DNA of 63,016 nt, filler included, from Asterionella formosa (Eukaryota), in assembly GCA_002256025.1 (NCBI GenBank). It is 4 parts of 4 records of this genome, joined end to end, with 100 filler letters (N's around TTAATTAATTAA, not from the genome) between each part and the next. Parts side by side here need not be neighbours in the genome. Positions count along the whole stretch, not along the records: positions 42,537 to 63,016 come from NKIB01003346.1; 3 more parts are not named here. One strand, written 5' to 3'. The notes beneath the pieces are model-generated. The model searched no databases and was not told the origin of the DNA. It worked only from the letters and a program-made list of their open reading frames with translations. This document shows positions 47,495 through 59,964 of the stretch, piece after piece. A program made the translations under genes and the position numbers. How positions within the stretch are numbered: position 1 is the stretch's first letter; each line of letters begins with the position of its first letter.

Positions 47495-49707
47495 ATGGTG
47501 AATGTGACCAAGGAGAACTTCTTGGAGGTGAGCACGTTGTTTGCAATTCATCGTGATGGAAGCGCACGTTTTTAGGCGCTCCAAATTAGTCCTTCTCCTT
47601 GTCTGGTGTCACTGAATATACCTACGGGCGATTCTAATGGTGAACCGGCAAACTGTACTAACCATCGTCCTCCCCATTACTCACCGTTGCATTGCATTTA
47701 GATTTCCAATGAATTCCTCGAGAAGCTCCCTACTGCCTCGTTTATTGCTATCGACGAAGAGATGTCTGGCATCTCCCTTCCTGGCTCGGCACGTTTTAAC
47801 AAGGACGACACTCCAGAAGAGCGCTGTGAGTATCGGTACTGTATCTTTGGACTGTTTGAGACTAATACCATAACAGTGCTTTGATTCTCACTCATTTCGT
47901 TTTACTCACTTTCCCTTTTGCTGTTAGTTTCGAAAATCCGCGCCGCACCCGAACGCTGTAAGTGATACCGTGCTGACTTGTTTGACTATGCTGAAATGTC
48001 GTCCGTCTAGGTAGCTACTGACACACCTCATCACCATCATCATTCCTGTCCTTTTATTCAGATGCTATTGTTCAAGTTGGTGTAGCCATGTTTCATGACA
48101 ATCCAGAGTGGACCAAGGGATCTGCGACGAACGAGTTTATTGTTCGCAAGTACAATTTTTTCCTCTTTCCACCAGCCAATAACAACTACACGAGGGAAGT
48201 CACAATGAACCCTAGTTCTGTGGCCTTTTTGAATGAGCATGCCATGAATTTTGATCTTTGGACCAAACAAGGAGTTGGCTTTGTAACCGGGGACGTTGCT
48301 GAGAGTATTCTCGCAAAGTACAAGAAACAGCGTCAAATGCAGGAGCAACAGAACAAGGCGTCGGCAGATGAAACCCGAAGAAACATCGAACTCACTCGAA
48401 CAGAAGATGTCCATTTCCATGCACGTGCCATGGCTAGCCTTCGCGAATGGATTGACATGGCTAGAGCACCCGATAATGGTTCGGAGGGGTCGTCGTTTCT
48501 TTTGCCACCATGCAATGCCTTTTTGCGACGAGCTCTGTATGAATCCATCAATTCAGAGTACCCATCCCTCCTCGTTGAAAAGCACATGAATCAGATACGT
48601 GTCTTACGCATGAATCAAGTGGAACAAGATGCCCGCCAGGAGAGATTGGCGATGGAGAGTTGGGATTCAGTCATTATGGACTTGGGGTTTTGGCGTGTTT
48701 TTTACGCCATAAGTATGGCGAATAAGGGGTTTGAAGTCAAGAATCATTTGGCCTTGGCCAAGTCGTACAGCGATGTTCCTTTGGAGGGTACTCCAGTTCT
48801 CGTGCCTCTCGATCGTCAGATCCCGGTGGCAGTTCACAACGGGTTAATGGATTTGCTCTTTCTCATGACACACTTACACGCGCACAAGTTGCCCGATACG
48901 TTGTACGAGACGAAGCAGCTGATCAAATCGTACTTCCCTCTTTTGTACGATACCAAGACTTTATCTACGGAATGTTATAGGCAGGAACAGAATACGGAGT
49001 TAGGAAACCTATATTTAAAGTTGGTGGCAGAAGATCCAAATGCGGTCCGAAAATTCCATGTCATTTCCGATGAAGGTGATCAACCCCATGAAGCGTCGTA
49101 TGATGCATTCATGACTGGAGCTATCTTTTGCCGCTTGTTACAATTGATTGGGCAAGACTTGCCAGAATTTAGCGATGGACCTAACGCGTTGCCACTAGCA
49201 TCGCTCGACCGTACGAGATTCGGTCGAAATAAAATCCACTTGATGCAGACCATGTACACTGTTGATTTGGAAGAAGCCGTGGATCCACTCTCGCGTGGCA
49301 TGTCGGCGGCAACAACCTTTCGTGTGGGAGGCAGCGATCCATCAGTGACGACTCGTGACATTGTTCGGTGCTTGACTAATCTCAGCAACGACGACAGTGT
49401 ACGAGTTCACTTTGAGATTGTTTGGGTCGACGATACTACTTTTTTGGTAGCAGCGAGAGATGTGGAGAATCCTGAAACGCTGCAGGCACAGGGAGTGCAG
49501 ATCTTGCGGGCATTGACTGATAGATTTACAAATGCATCTATATGTACCTTGGAGGAACACTTCAAGAAGCAGAATAAGCCGGTTGCAGCGATTCCATTTT
49601 CTTGGACTAGATCAATATTGGAGTGGCTAGGAGTGAAGCGAATCCGGGAGGAGGGCAAGGGATTAGAGGGCGAGCCATTTGCGAAAAGGCAGCGAACACA
49701 GGAGTGA
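47495..49707 (+). CDS. PARN: Poly(A)-specific ribonuclease PARN (CAF1/DEDD family); 4 exons, about 610 aa
   Basis: Exons 47495-47527, 47702-47825, 47928-47957 and 48062-49707, all GT-AG and in phase. Translation MVNVTKENFLE-ISNEF..FIAIDEEMSG..DDTPEERF..YAIVQVG, then HNGLMDL, YDTK, HEASYDAFMTG, R3H-like CNAFLRRALY and RRM-like IVWVDDTTFLV. Confidence 0.93.
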
Positions 49708-49739
49708 ATTGTAAAGTCATCCTAGGAAAATACGAAGAG

Positions 49740-50414
49740 TTATCGTGGGACTAGTACTTGATGAGTCAACCACAAATCGTCGTTGTCGTCGCCACCGTCA
49801 TAAAGAGCAGACACTGTCACGGCCTCTATCGATGTAGGAATGATCAATTTCAGGATCCCTCGTCCGTTGTATTCGAAGAGGTCAGTCATGGATCCAGCAG
49901 CTAGCAATTCTCCAGTTTTTGTATCTTTGACATAGGCCATAATAATGGGATGATTGGGTTTATAGTCAAAGAAAAATCCCGCGATACCTGTTCCCAGTTG
50001 CGGTCGATATTCAAGCGTTGGTCGCAGACCAGTAGGAAATGGCTGAGGTTTGTTCGAACTCTCAATTTGCTGCACGACGCTCACCCATTGATCATGCAGC
50101 CCCTCGGGTTCGTCGTCGTACACACGCATATTATCATATAACTCCTCGTTCTGTTTTAAGCATTGGGCCAGTGGAGTAGCGAAATGAGCGCATCGGTCGA
50201 TCTTGCCATCGCCCTCGTGTCTGTGTTGATCTGTGCATGTCAACCACTTCTGAAACAGTTCACCACAGGGCCCCTGCGAGTACTTCTTGCACAGAGGACA
50301 ATCTTCCTTGTTACTGCTGTCGATTGATGGAAGGTCGTTATGAATGGACCTCACAGACGCACCGAATCGAACGGGCTGTGTTTTCCCTTTGCACGAAGCA
50401 AGGAGCGGAGGTGC
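49740..50414 (-). CDS. Twin CX9C (GCK/CHCH-like) protein; 5' end lost in the gap
   Basis: CPLC..GPCGELFQKWLTC and RCAHFATPLAQC are both CX9C. The frame stays open up to the N run at 50416. Confidence 0.8.
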   Translation of the reverse strand, partial: APPLLASCKGKTQPVRFGASVRSIHNDLPSIDSSNKEDCPLCKKYSQGPCGELFQKWLTCTDQHRHEGDGKIDRCAHFATPLAQCLKQNEELYDNMRVYDDEPEGLHDQWVSVVQQIESSNKPQPFPTGLRPTLEYRPQLGTGIAGFFFDYKPNHPIIMAYVKDTKTGELLAAGSMTDLFEYNGRGILKLIIPTSIEAVTVSALYDGGDDNDDLWLTHQVLVPR

Positions 50415-50415
50415 T

Positions 50416-51076
50416 NNNNNNNNNNNNNNNNNNNNNNNNNNNNNNNNNNNNNNNNNNNNNNNNNNNNNNNNNNNNNNNNNNNNNNNNNNNNNNNNNNNNN
50501 NNNNNNNNNNNNNNNNNNNNNNNNNNNNNNNNNNNNNNNNNNNNNNNNNNNNNNNNNNNNNNNNNNNNNNNNNNNNNNNNNNNNNNNNNNNNNNNNNNNN
50601 NNNNNNNNNNNNNNNNNNNNNNNNNNNNNNNNNNNNNNNNNNNNNNNNNNNNNNNNNNNNNNNNNNNNNNNNNNNNNNNNNNNNNNNNNNNNNNNNNNNN
50701 NNNNNNNNNNNNNNNNNNNNNNNNNNNNNNNNNNNNNNNNNNNNNNNNNNNNNNNNNNNNNNNNNNNNNNNNNNNNNNNNNNNNNNNNNNNNNNNNNNNN
50801 NNNNNNNNNNNNNNNNNNNNNNNNNNNNNNNNNNNNNNNNNNNNNNNNNNNNNNNNNNNNNNNNNNNNNNNNNNNNNNNNNNNNNNNNNNNNNNNNNNNN
50901 NNNNNNNNNNNNNNNNNNNNNNNNNNNNNNNNNNNNNNNNNNNNNNNNNNNNNNNNNNNNNNNNNNNNNNNNNNNNNNNNNNNNNNNNNNNNNNNNNNNN
51001 NNNNNNNNNNNNNNNNNNNNNNNNNNNNNNNNNNNNNNNNNNNNNNNNNNNNNNNNNNNNNNNNNNNNNNNNNNNN
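50416..51076. other. Assembly gap (661 N)
   Basis: Run of N. Confidence 0.99.
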
Positions 51077-51344
51077 CTTAGGGCAGGTCTTCTTAACAGA
51101 GAAACAAAAATTTAAAGAAAGTTGCTCAGTCCAATTTTTTGTATCTCTAACATTCGGGGGTTATGTTGCTTCCAGCAACACTTTTTTGTTGCTCTGAAAT
51201 GTGTATCTGTGTGTATCCCTGCAGATACAGCATTCTAATTTTATATATGTCATGTAATTAAATTAATCAACAAAGACACCATTTTTATCTCTAATGGCAA
51301 CAACGAAAAAAAATTTCGGGAGGAGGGATCAACAGCATTTATGT

Positions 51345-54300
51345 TTTAATCATTTTTATAGCGCATTGTTCTTACCAGTCTATTCCTAGATTTGTCTTCG
51401 TTGCGCTCCATGGCCCATCATAAGAGGTGGGGTGATGGAGGTTTTGGTATATTTGTCACTTCCTCTTGTGGAAGTATTGGAAAAAATTGTGGTACCTTTG
51501 TTCTTGGAACTCTTCTCTTGGTCTGCACTCCTCATGTCATTTGGAGAATTGGTTATTTATGTTGGGTTGTGTGTATAATCGCCCATTTATCGCACTTCCT
51601 GTGGTTTTTCTTGTTGTGTTACGCCTAAATTGATTGTTGTCCTGCTTCTGCAGGGCTGCTCCCTTGGAAGCGGATAAAATATATTTTGCTCTATCTAAAA
51701 GTCTCAGTTTTTTGCTAAGCCTCGCCGTCAATAACTCCTATATCTTTGTTCTGAATAGACGAACATCTCTCATGGATATTTCTCCTTTTCTGCTGTAGTA
51801 CCTCTTTATTTTTCATCATGTTCCCATTGGGAAATCGTGTTGCTTTTACCATTATGAAGCACCTCGTTTCTATCGTTCCATGCTCCAATGATTACTTTCC
51901 AAAATTGATGTATTGCCGTTGTAGCCCAACTGTTGCGCTGCGCTTCTGTTCTTGGTTGCCGATCTTCCTCTGAATGGTAAACCGCGCTTTTCCATCCCTT
52001 GCCAAGATGCCCCCTCAGCGTTAAAATTAGGCCCAATTGGTTTTGCTGTTCTATTGCCTTTGATATATTTCCTTTCATTGTTTCCGAAGTTCCTGGGTCG
52101 AAGTTGATTTTAAATTTCTCCTTGCGTTGTGATAGTATGTGTTTTATGTACTGCAGCCATGGAGATGAGACGAATTTTCCCACCTGAACTTGCTGCGCTC
52201 TGCAGGACATTGCTGATAATCCTGTCTCTCGCTTGTAGATATTCTTTGGACTTTGACACTCGATAATATATTCATTTGTTTCCCTATTTCCACACATTGT
52301 GGAAAATTTCATTTCCTTGGAAGCCATCCATGTAGGTATTTAGTGAGAAATATTTAGTCTATGTATGTCTGATTTTTGTATGCTCTAGCAAGATTGTCCC
52401 AATCCACTAATGTTGCTTTTGAGCTTCCATGGTTTTTCCCAAAATAGATATTGTAGTTTTTTAAATTTATACTCTGTCTCATCCGCTCTGCTGCCGAAGT
52501 GTGTATACGCTGATTGTTGATAATAAGACTTACCTGCATTGTAGGAAAATGGCTAGAGTTATTTCTTGGCCCGCCTTTGGCAACCGAAGGACATCTTTCA
52601 AGAAAATTCGATGCCATTTTGTCGGCCGTAATGATCTTTGCGCCTCCAATGTCAATTTCTTAGCTGTTTTGTCTGTATCCTGACTCCTGACGAGCCTTGA
52701 TCCAATTCAGTGTAACTGTTACTGGTATGGTTTTGATGATCCGCGAAATTAGAGATACAATCATGTCTGCATTGGCTGGTGGTCTCCCAGTATGTAAACT
52801 CCAGGATAAAAATCTGAATCTCGACAGGAGGGCAGTTGCACTGACTGTCAGTCCATATCTGTACCTCTGAAGTCATATCTATCTCAAAATAATTTATGAA
52901 TGCCTTTTAAATTTTACGAACCGAGGCTAGTACTAGTCCAAATAATTACGCTCTGGTTGAGCTGTTTTGAGACGAATCGCCATAGACCGGTCCTGCGCAT
53001 GCCGCTGTTTGAGTGGGAATGGAGTTTCGAGAGCTCTGATTATGCTGCGTCCACGCAAAGGAGCATCTAGAGTCCGAGTCCATGGACCCATCTGCAGCCA
53101 CCTTAATTTTTAGTCCTAGCTGTAGATGACGTCGCAGCCTCGTTTCTGACGCTGGCTGGGCTCATGACTACATCCTTAAACAATCTTTGTTCGTGTAGTG
53201 GAAGTGATCGAATTGTATTAGTACTCCATGTACGTACTCATGGCCTTTGCATTTACTTCCATAAATTAAAATCAAGTGCGAAATAGGCAACACTCCCATT
53301 GTCATGTAAATCACATGGTAAACTATTCTTCGGTTAGTTGAGCCCCCCTGTTGCCCTGTTTGATCAAATCGCATAGTAGCTATGAATTACTTGCGACTTA
53401 CTTGTGTACACCTTCCAATGTTTTGTATTCTTATCCAAAACCCATAATTTTTCCTTCCAATTGGATATATGTTGTTGACCAGTCTTGGGTCGGTGGTGTT
53501 GTCCATCTTCCCAGTGGTTGTCGTAACATCGCTCAGCTTTCTTATCTTAGAGCCATTAGTAAGAAAGTATCTTTGCATTGATAGCTTCCAATCCTATTTT
53601 GCTGGTTGGGACTAGGTTTAGGTTGGTTAGGCCATTCCCATTTTGTTGTTCTGTGTGTGATTCTTTCGCATACTAGAATTTCTGGTCTGAGTTGTTTCCC
53701 ATCTGCTGTTGCAATGTCTGCAACTAACGAAACTTGAAGATACATTCTGCATGTGTTTAGATGAAATAGTCTGTGTTTGCTCAAACCTCTTTCTGCTAGA
53801 ATTTGCATGATCATTGAGTCTCGATAACATTAAAGACCTGGACTCCAGGCATTGCTGATTTCAATCTGAAAGTTAAATGTTTCCCCAAAAATTTTCTCAT
53901 GTTCGTAAGCCATGTTTCTGTCAAGTAAGGTATGGCCACCTTTCCATTTGATAGAATGTGCTCTGCTCTCCCCGATTCCAATTGAATAATTCTTAGTGAG
54001 ATATCCATCAGTTTCGCAACTTCATCTTGTGCATATTTGTGATATAGGAAATTTTCCCTCGCTCTTATGCCTTGTTCAATTGTGAAATCCACCATTTTTA
54101 GACCTCCTGATGTGATTGGACCACCATATACTACTGCTTTCGGAAAATTCTGACTAAAGCCCATCTTGCCAAGGCATGATCTTCTTGCTTTCTTTTGTAT
54201 TCCTTCTAACTGAGATTGGGTCATGCTCGTCACTGGTACTGAGTACCTGCGTCATTTGGGCTGCCCAGATCAAGTGATCTGCTTGACTGGCATCTCTTCT

Positions 54301-55060
54301 CCACATTTTATCGGGCATCGTTTTGATTGCTTGATTATTCTCTGTGCTTCCTCTCCTTCCCATGTTCCCCTTGGATTGGAGAACATCCCCAACGATTTTG
54401 TACTTTTTTCCGGAGATTTGTATTCTATTGTTGTTGAACTTTTGTTCCAGACCAACCTCATAGTCCTCTGGGATTGGATTTGATGTGCTTTGTTTTAAAA
54501 CTGTGAGTCTTGGATACCCTAGCTGATCCCAATGATGCCAGCAGTGCATCGTTGTGATTGTAGCATTTCGATAGTTCCACTGCGCCGCCTGAGGAGAAAA
54601 GCAGATTTTCCCAAAGCTTTGCACATTCCATGAGTGTATTCAGCATTGTGATGATATCCATAGGTGCATTTTTTCGTCATTGACAACTTTCCTTGTATCA
54701 TCTACAAATTGGCAGGATTCCCGCTGTGAGGCGAAGTTCCTCCATCACTTCGTCCTCTTCTACACCGTATTGATGCATTTTATATCTCCGCTTCCAATCC
54801 TGATGATTATACGCCGCTTTACTCAGTTGCTTGGACCAGGAGTGTTTCCCCATTGGTTTCCTTACTGCCTTCTCGCCTATTATTATCGCCCTGCCTGCCA
54901 ATGTCGCGATCCAATTTTTCCCATCCAGCCTGTATTTTTTCCCTTGTTGCACTTAACCCTGCTAGTGCATCTATCCTTGCAACAATCTTGTGAATTCTCC
55001 ATTATTTTTTGCTGCCTTAAGATATTTGCTGCATTCCTCTGGATTTGTAGACTGCTGCAT
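51345..55060 (-). mobile_element. Decayed non-LTR retrotransposon with RT and RNase H (Ambal-like, tentative)
   Basis: Minus-strand fragments in order: KHSWSKQL, FVDDT (54708-54694), LWENLLFSSGGAVELSKC, KMGFSQNFPKAVVYGG..GGL, LNTCRMYLQV..ADIATADG, RNase H AADGS / SSTRA*LFG / IWTDSQ, and C-terminal LRGHLGKGW..WNDRNEVLH. Many stops and frameshifts. Confidence 0.85.
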
Positions 55061-57136
55061 TAATCATAAGCATATCGTATGATCTATTGATTTGAAACTA
55101 ATTGATATATATATATATATGATGAGGAGTGTATACTAAATGTGCTTCGTTATTAATGTTACAAATGCAATCGATTACATATTACATAATATGAATATGA
55201 TCTATGGTAATTATACGTAAGATGAATGCAATAATCGTCTGTGAATAGATTTTCCATTAGATCTAACGTTTTACTCAGCATACGTTAAAAAACTGATTGA
55301 TTATTAAAATATTTTGATATGTTGATGATAATTTTGATATATCAATGGCCATGTCTGTATGATCAATCAAATTTGTACATTGGGTTAGTAGCATACACAT
55401 GTTAGGTTATGCGTATATCATAAGAACTCGAATATATTAGTTACCAAATCTAATCGATTAATCCAAATTGTTGATATATTGATCAAATTTTGTGTTATGT
55501 TGATGATAGTTTTGGTACATCAATGACCGTGTCAGTGTGGTAAATCAAATTTGTTTGTCAGATTACTTTCTTACATACGTCAGGTAACACATAGATAGAA
55601 GTCATATATATCAGTTATCAAATATAATCTGCTAACCAAATGTTTTGATATATTGATATGCTACTTGATTGATCAATAGCTGTTGCTCTTTGATCAATTA
55701 TTGTTTTAGCGAAGGTTATGACTTAAAACAGATCACCTTACGTGTATGTAAACCTTGTATAGCTTAAATACTATACGTAGTGTAGCTTGTCCCACACATA
55801 TGTTCTCGCCACTCCGAAGTGTAAAATATTTATGAGGGTAGCAGAACCATTTTTCAATCAATAGCTGATTCCAATGTCGTACAGCAACAATGGTTGTCGA
55901 AATGAGTCCAACGATGTTGATAAACTTCTCCGTTTTGGGGGCGTTTCAAATGATCCCTGTATTTTTAATAATATTGTTGGTGCTGGTATTGATACAGAAG
56001 AAAAGAGGAACAAGCTTCTGTGCCCATTGCGGCCACAATTGAGAAGCATCGCCAAAATTGGGAAACTTTTTTTCCTGATGAGCCGATGGAATTCGTCATA
56101 CCTGTCATTCCAAATAAAGATCACATTCTCCGTTTATGCATTGACACAGGCAAGTGAAAACGAAATAGTTGATGCCAGTTCATCTTCTCCCAATACCATC
56201 CAAGAAGTAAAGATTGTGTTGCTTGTATGCCCATGGTAGATCTTGTTTCTACTTCCTCAGAGCGTGTAATTGAGTCTATCGAATCTGATAGTAGACTTAA
56301 TATAAAATCTCCCCCTTCCAAAGCAAAAGCAAAATGCAAAATTAAAGGCAACTCCAGACATGGTTGCCAATCCGAAAGATGCAGTCCATGACTTCTCATC
56401 AAAGATTTCCGAAATTGTAGGAGTGATTGGAAAGTAAATAAAGAACAGGTCGAGGAGGAAAGTGATTTGTCCCATTTATCCAGTAAGGAGTTGGAAATAT
56501 TGAAACAGAACATGGTCACCGGTCTGGATGTAGTTCATGGGTGCATTTGGTGGCATGTTGTTGTCTTTCTGATGTAGTCTAAAATCTCGAGGAACGTGAG
56601 TTTTCCAGAAAATCATCGCTGGTCCTATATGATTCCGAGATCTCCTTGAAGTTTCAAATGATGTTTTGTTAAACAAGCCAGACTCTAGGACCACAAAATA
56701 ATTGTTGAGAACAAAATCCAGGATACCTGTCATCTAGTCTCTTCTCCTTGCCTTTGTCATCATGATCAAAGTATCTAATCAATAAGATTCGTTCCTTACT
56801 GTTCCGTTGTCTCTTGAACAGACATGAAATACGCCATAGAAACACGTTTTTCCTGATTGAAAAATCTGCGATCGGTATCCCCTTCACAACCAAGGTTGTT
56901 CCATTCCTTGTAGCACTCGGAACATTTGCCATTCCAGATAACAAGTGATATATGTCGCTATCGATAGCGTGCAAATGTCAAGTTGTCAAGAAAAACGTGA
57001 CTGTTACAGAACAAGGAAGCAGAAAGGGATAATGGTTTGTCAACTATAGGATTATACAGTGGGCAACAAGTGCTGGATCGGAAGCGATGCAGCACCGACA
57101 TAACTCAGTAATAGACATGAGATTGGTAGCGCAAAG

Positions 57137-57407
57137 CTACAGTTTCATAGTACCAGCTTAGTAATAGGTACAGTTTCACTGTAACCACCACTTCATGTTC
57201 CGACCGGGTATTGGAAGAAGGGGAAGAAGGGAATGCTGGTAGGGCAAACCTACAGTTTTACAGTACCAGCGTAGTAATAGGTACAGTTTCACAGTAGCCA
57301 CGTCATGTTCCGACCGTGTATTGAGACAAGGGGAAGAAGGGACTGCTGTTAGGGCAAACCTACAGTTTCACAGTACCAGCGTAGTAATAGGTACAGTTTC
57401 ACAGTAA
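57137..57407. repeat. Tandem repeat of about 112 bp with internal TACAGTTTCACAGTA subrepeats, about 2.4 copies
   Basis: CTACAGTTT.A.AGTACCAGC.TAGTAATAGGTACAGTTTCAC at about 57137, 57250 and 57360. Confidence 0.9.
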
Positions 57408-59964
57408 CGGGTATTCGAATACCTGTTAAGTCTTGAATATTTTATCTAATCATACATACTTGCTGGTAGGGTATTAAATGTTCCTTCGAAAAAGTTACTA
57501 GACATACAGAGATGTATGTTATACACACTTTTTGAAGATGTTGAAATGTTGAGATATTGTTAAAAAATTCATGCCACATAACAAACTGATAAGGGAATGG
57601 TGATAGAGAGCCTTCTACCGGTATCAAACCAATCGGTGAGAAGAGGTAAGTTATATGATTGTTTTGCTTCTCAACTGTGGCGATTAGAACGACGTGAAGC
57701 TACTATGGAGAGATTGTTTATGTCATCAGTTAGTGGCACATGTGTGGCTGGAGATGCTTTAATTGTTACAACACTTTTGCTAACATTAATATTTCTCCTC
57801 AAAATCATACAGGAACCTTGGAGAATGTGGCTTGCTACCATTCTTAATGGAAGCAACAATCAACCATGAGAGCACATTTAAGTTATATGCACAATCTTGC
57901 CTGCTCATACGGAAATTGGAGTGATGGATTGTCCATGTGATCGTTTCGTTGCACATATCTTTGTTTAGATGCCTTGCTTACTTGATGCAACAGTTTTGCT
58001 AAGATTGTTGTTATGATGTCGTACAATAACATTGGAGAATGTGACTTGCAGCCATTCGCAATGGTAGAGGTTCGAATAAAGCATCATCAGTTTTGTTTAC
58101 TCACTCATTTCGTTTTGAAGAGGCAATGATCTAAACATAGCTACCGGAAGTGAAAATTAATGTATTGAAGACGACTGTGTGCTCATTCTGATAGAGGATG
58201 CACATCAGTGGAAAGTATGGGTGACCAGAAGTAGAATGTTTGAGTATTAAATAGCAATCCATTTAATTCGATTTGTGTTCATCATTGATCGAACATGAGA
58301 ATAGGTTTGATCAATGAGTGAAATAATTCAGATCAGTAGTAATGATCGTTAGATCGAAAGCTGAAAATTCAATTTGATATTAGCATTCCAAAGGTTAGAC
58401 CGAATGAATATAGGATTTGATCTCACGATTACTATCTTAAGATTGAACACCAAAACGTTTGTTGATTTCAATCATTTTTTTGTATGATCAATCAGTATTT
58501 CTGTATGATCAATCAGTTTTTTTTGCATGATGATCAATCAAAATATAATAAGTCATACTGAGAATATTTGGGGCAGTGGGTCTTACAGCAAAACTGTTAG
58601 GCCTATCGGTTTTTTATTTACAGACGGCACCATTGCAGATCATTATGGCCACTGAACACGATTCCATGTTATTTCAGCCAGATGATGATAGCGGATGGTC
58701 ATGTGGACCATTTACAATTGCGAAAGTGTTGGAAACTCTATTTAAATTAGAAAGTAATGGCAAAACCAAATTTCTTGGCAAGCGGGCACAATTCCGTTTG
58801 GAGACGGAGTCCTGGAAAATTTTAAAACGTCAGGTGGTAGCAACAGATGGAACAGACGATTTGTTATCTGTAACATCTGACCCACAGACCAAGTCAACAT
58901 ACTTTCATCTTGGAACAGTTTGGTCTTATGTGAAAACGACAAATTCTCGTGAGGATATGTTTCAGTTGGAAAAAATTGTTCTTCAATTTTGTATCGACAA
59001 CATTTTGAGCTCCTATTTAGATTTAAAAATCTTGAACGAAGTATTTGGACGACTTTCTTGCAATTCATCTTTCAAGAAGGATGATGTTGTCTACGTGAAA
59101 TCTATGATGCAACAAATGAATGAAGAATTTTTCCCTTCATATGGTATAGTCATGCACCTCTCGGCCAAATTTCTGGACGCATACTAAAAATTGACAAAAA
59201 GTTGAAAAAATTATTTGTAACTGATGATAGCCTTTCTGGAATCAAATGGAAAACGTCAACAAATTCATATCGAACTGCAGTTGAAAAGTAGAGAAGAAAA
59301 ATTTCGGACGAAACGAGAAGGACCATCTTAGGTTCCTTGGGAGTGAAAAAGAACAAATAATGGACCATTAGTATCATCCAATGTCAACATTTGTTAAGAC
59401 ATCTTAGTTTGTGAAAACCTCCTAATAGCTAACTTAACTAGTATGTAAAAATATATTATCATTATCATTTATATTATTTGATGCACTACCGCAGTACATA
59501 TTTTCATTATGTATTCCAGGAACTCGATGTTCTTGCATGCAATGTCGACAGTGACCATATGCATAAAAAACACGGTTGCTACAATTTCGATTGTGAGATC
59601 CAGGTGGGGATTTGTTCTTCCGAAATTTGTAGTTACACAGGTAATACCATTGATATGTCCGCAAAGACATTGCAAATTTCAAATGTTGACCAAGTCAGGA
59701 TATGAACAGGATAGAATGAAAAATAGTTAATAAGAACAGATTTGGCATCACTTCGAAAATGATGTGCTGAACAGTGCAGTGTCGTGAAATTATCACTCCA
59801 GCGTAGTAGTAAAAATGGAGGAATACCGCTACATATATTGTACAGTCACCACTACTTGTAGTATAGAGCAGCGTCAATGTTTTCTTAACATCTATGATAT
59901 GGTTTGCATTGTAGAAGTCTCACTAACTATATTTTTTGTGTAACTAAGTATGCATTGGATTCTA

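Noticed and set aside
50237..51197. Long ORFs spanning the N run
   Set aside because: Artefacts of translating N.
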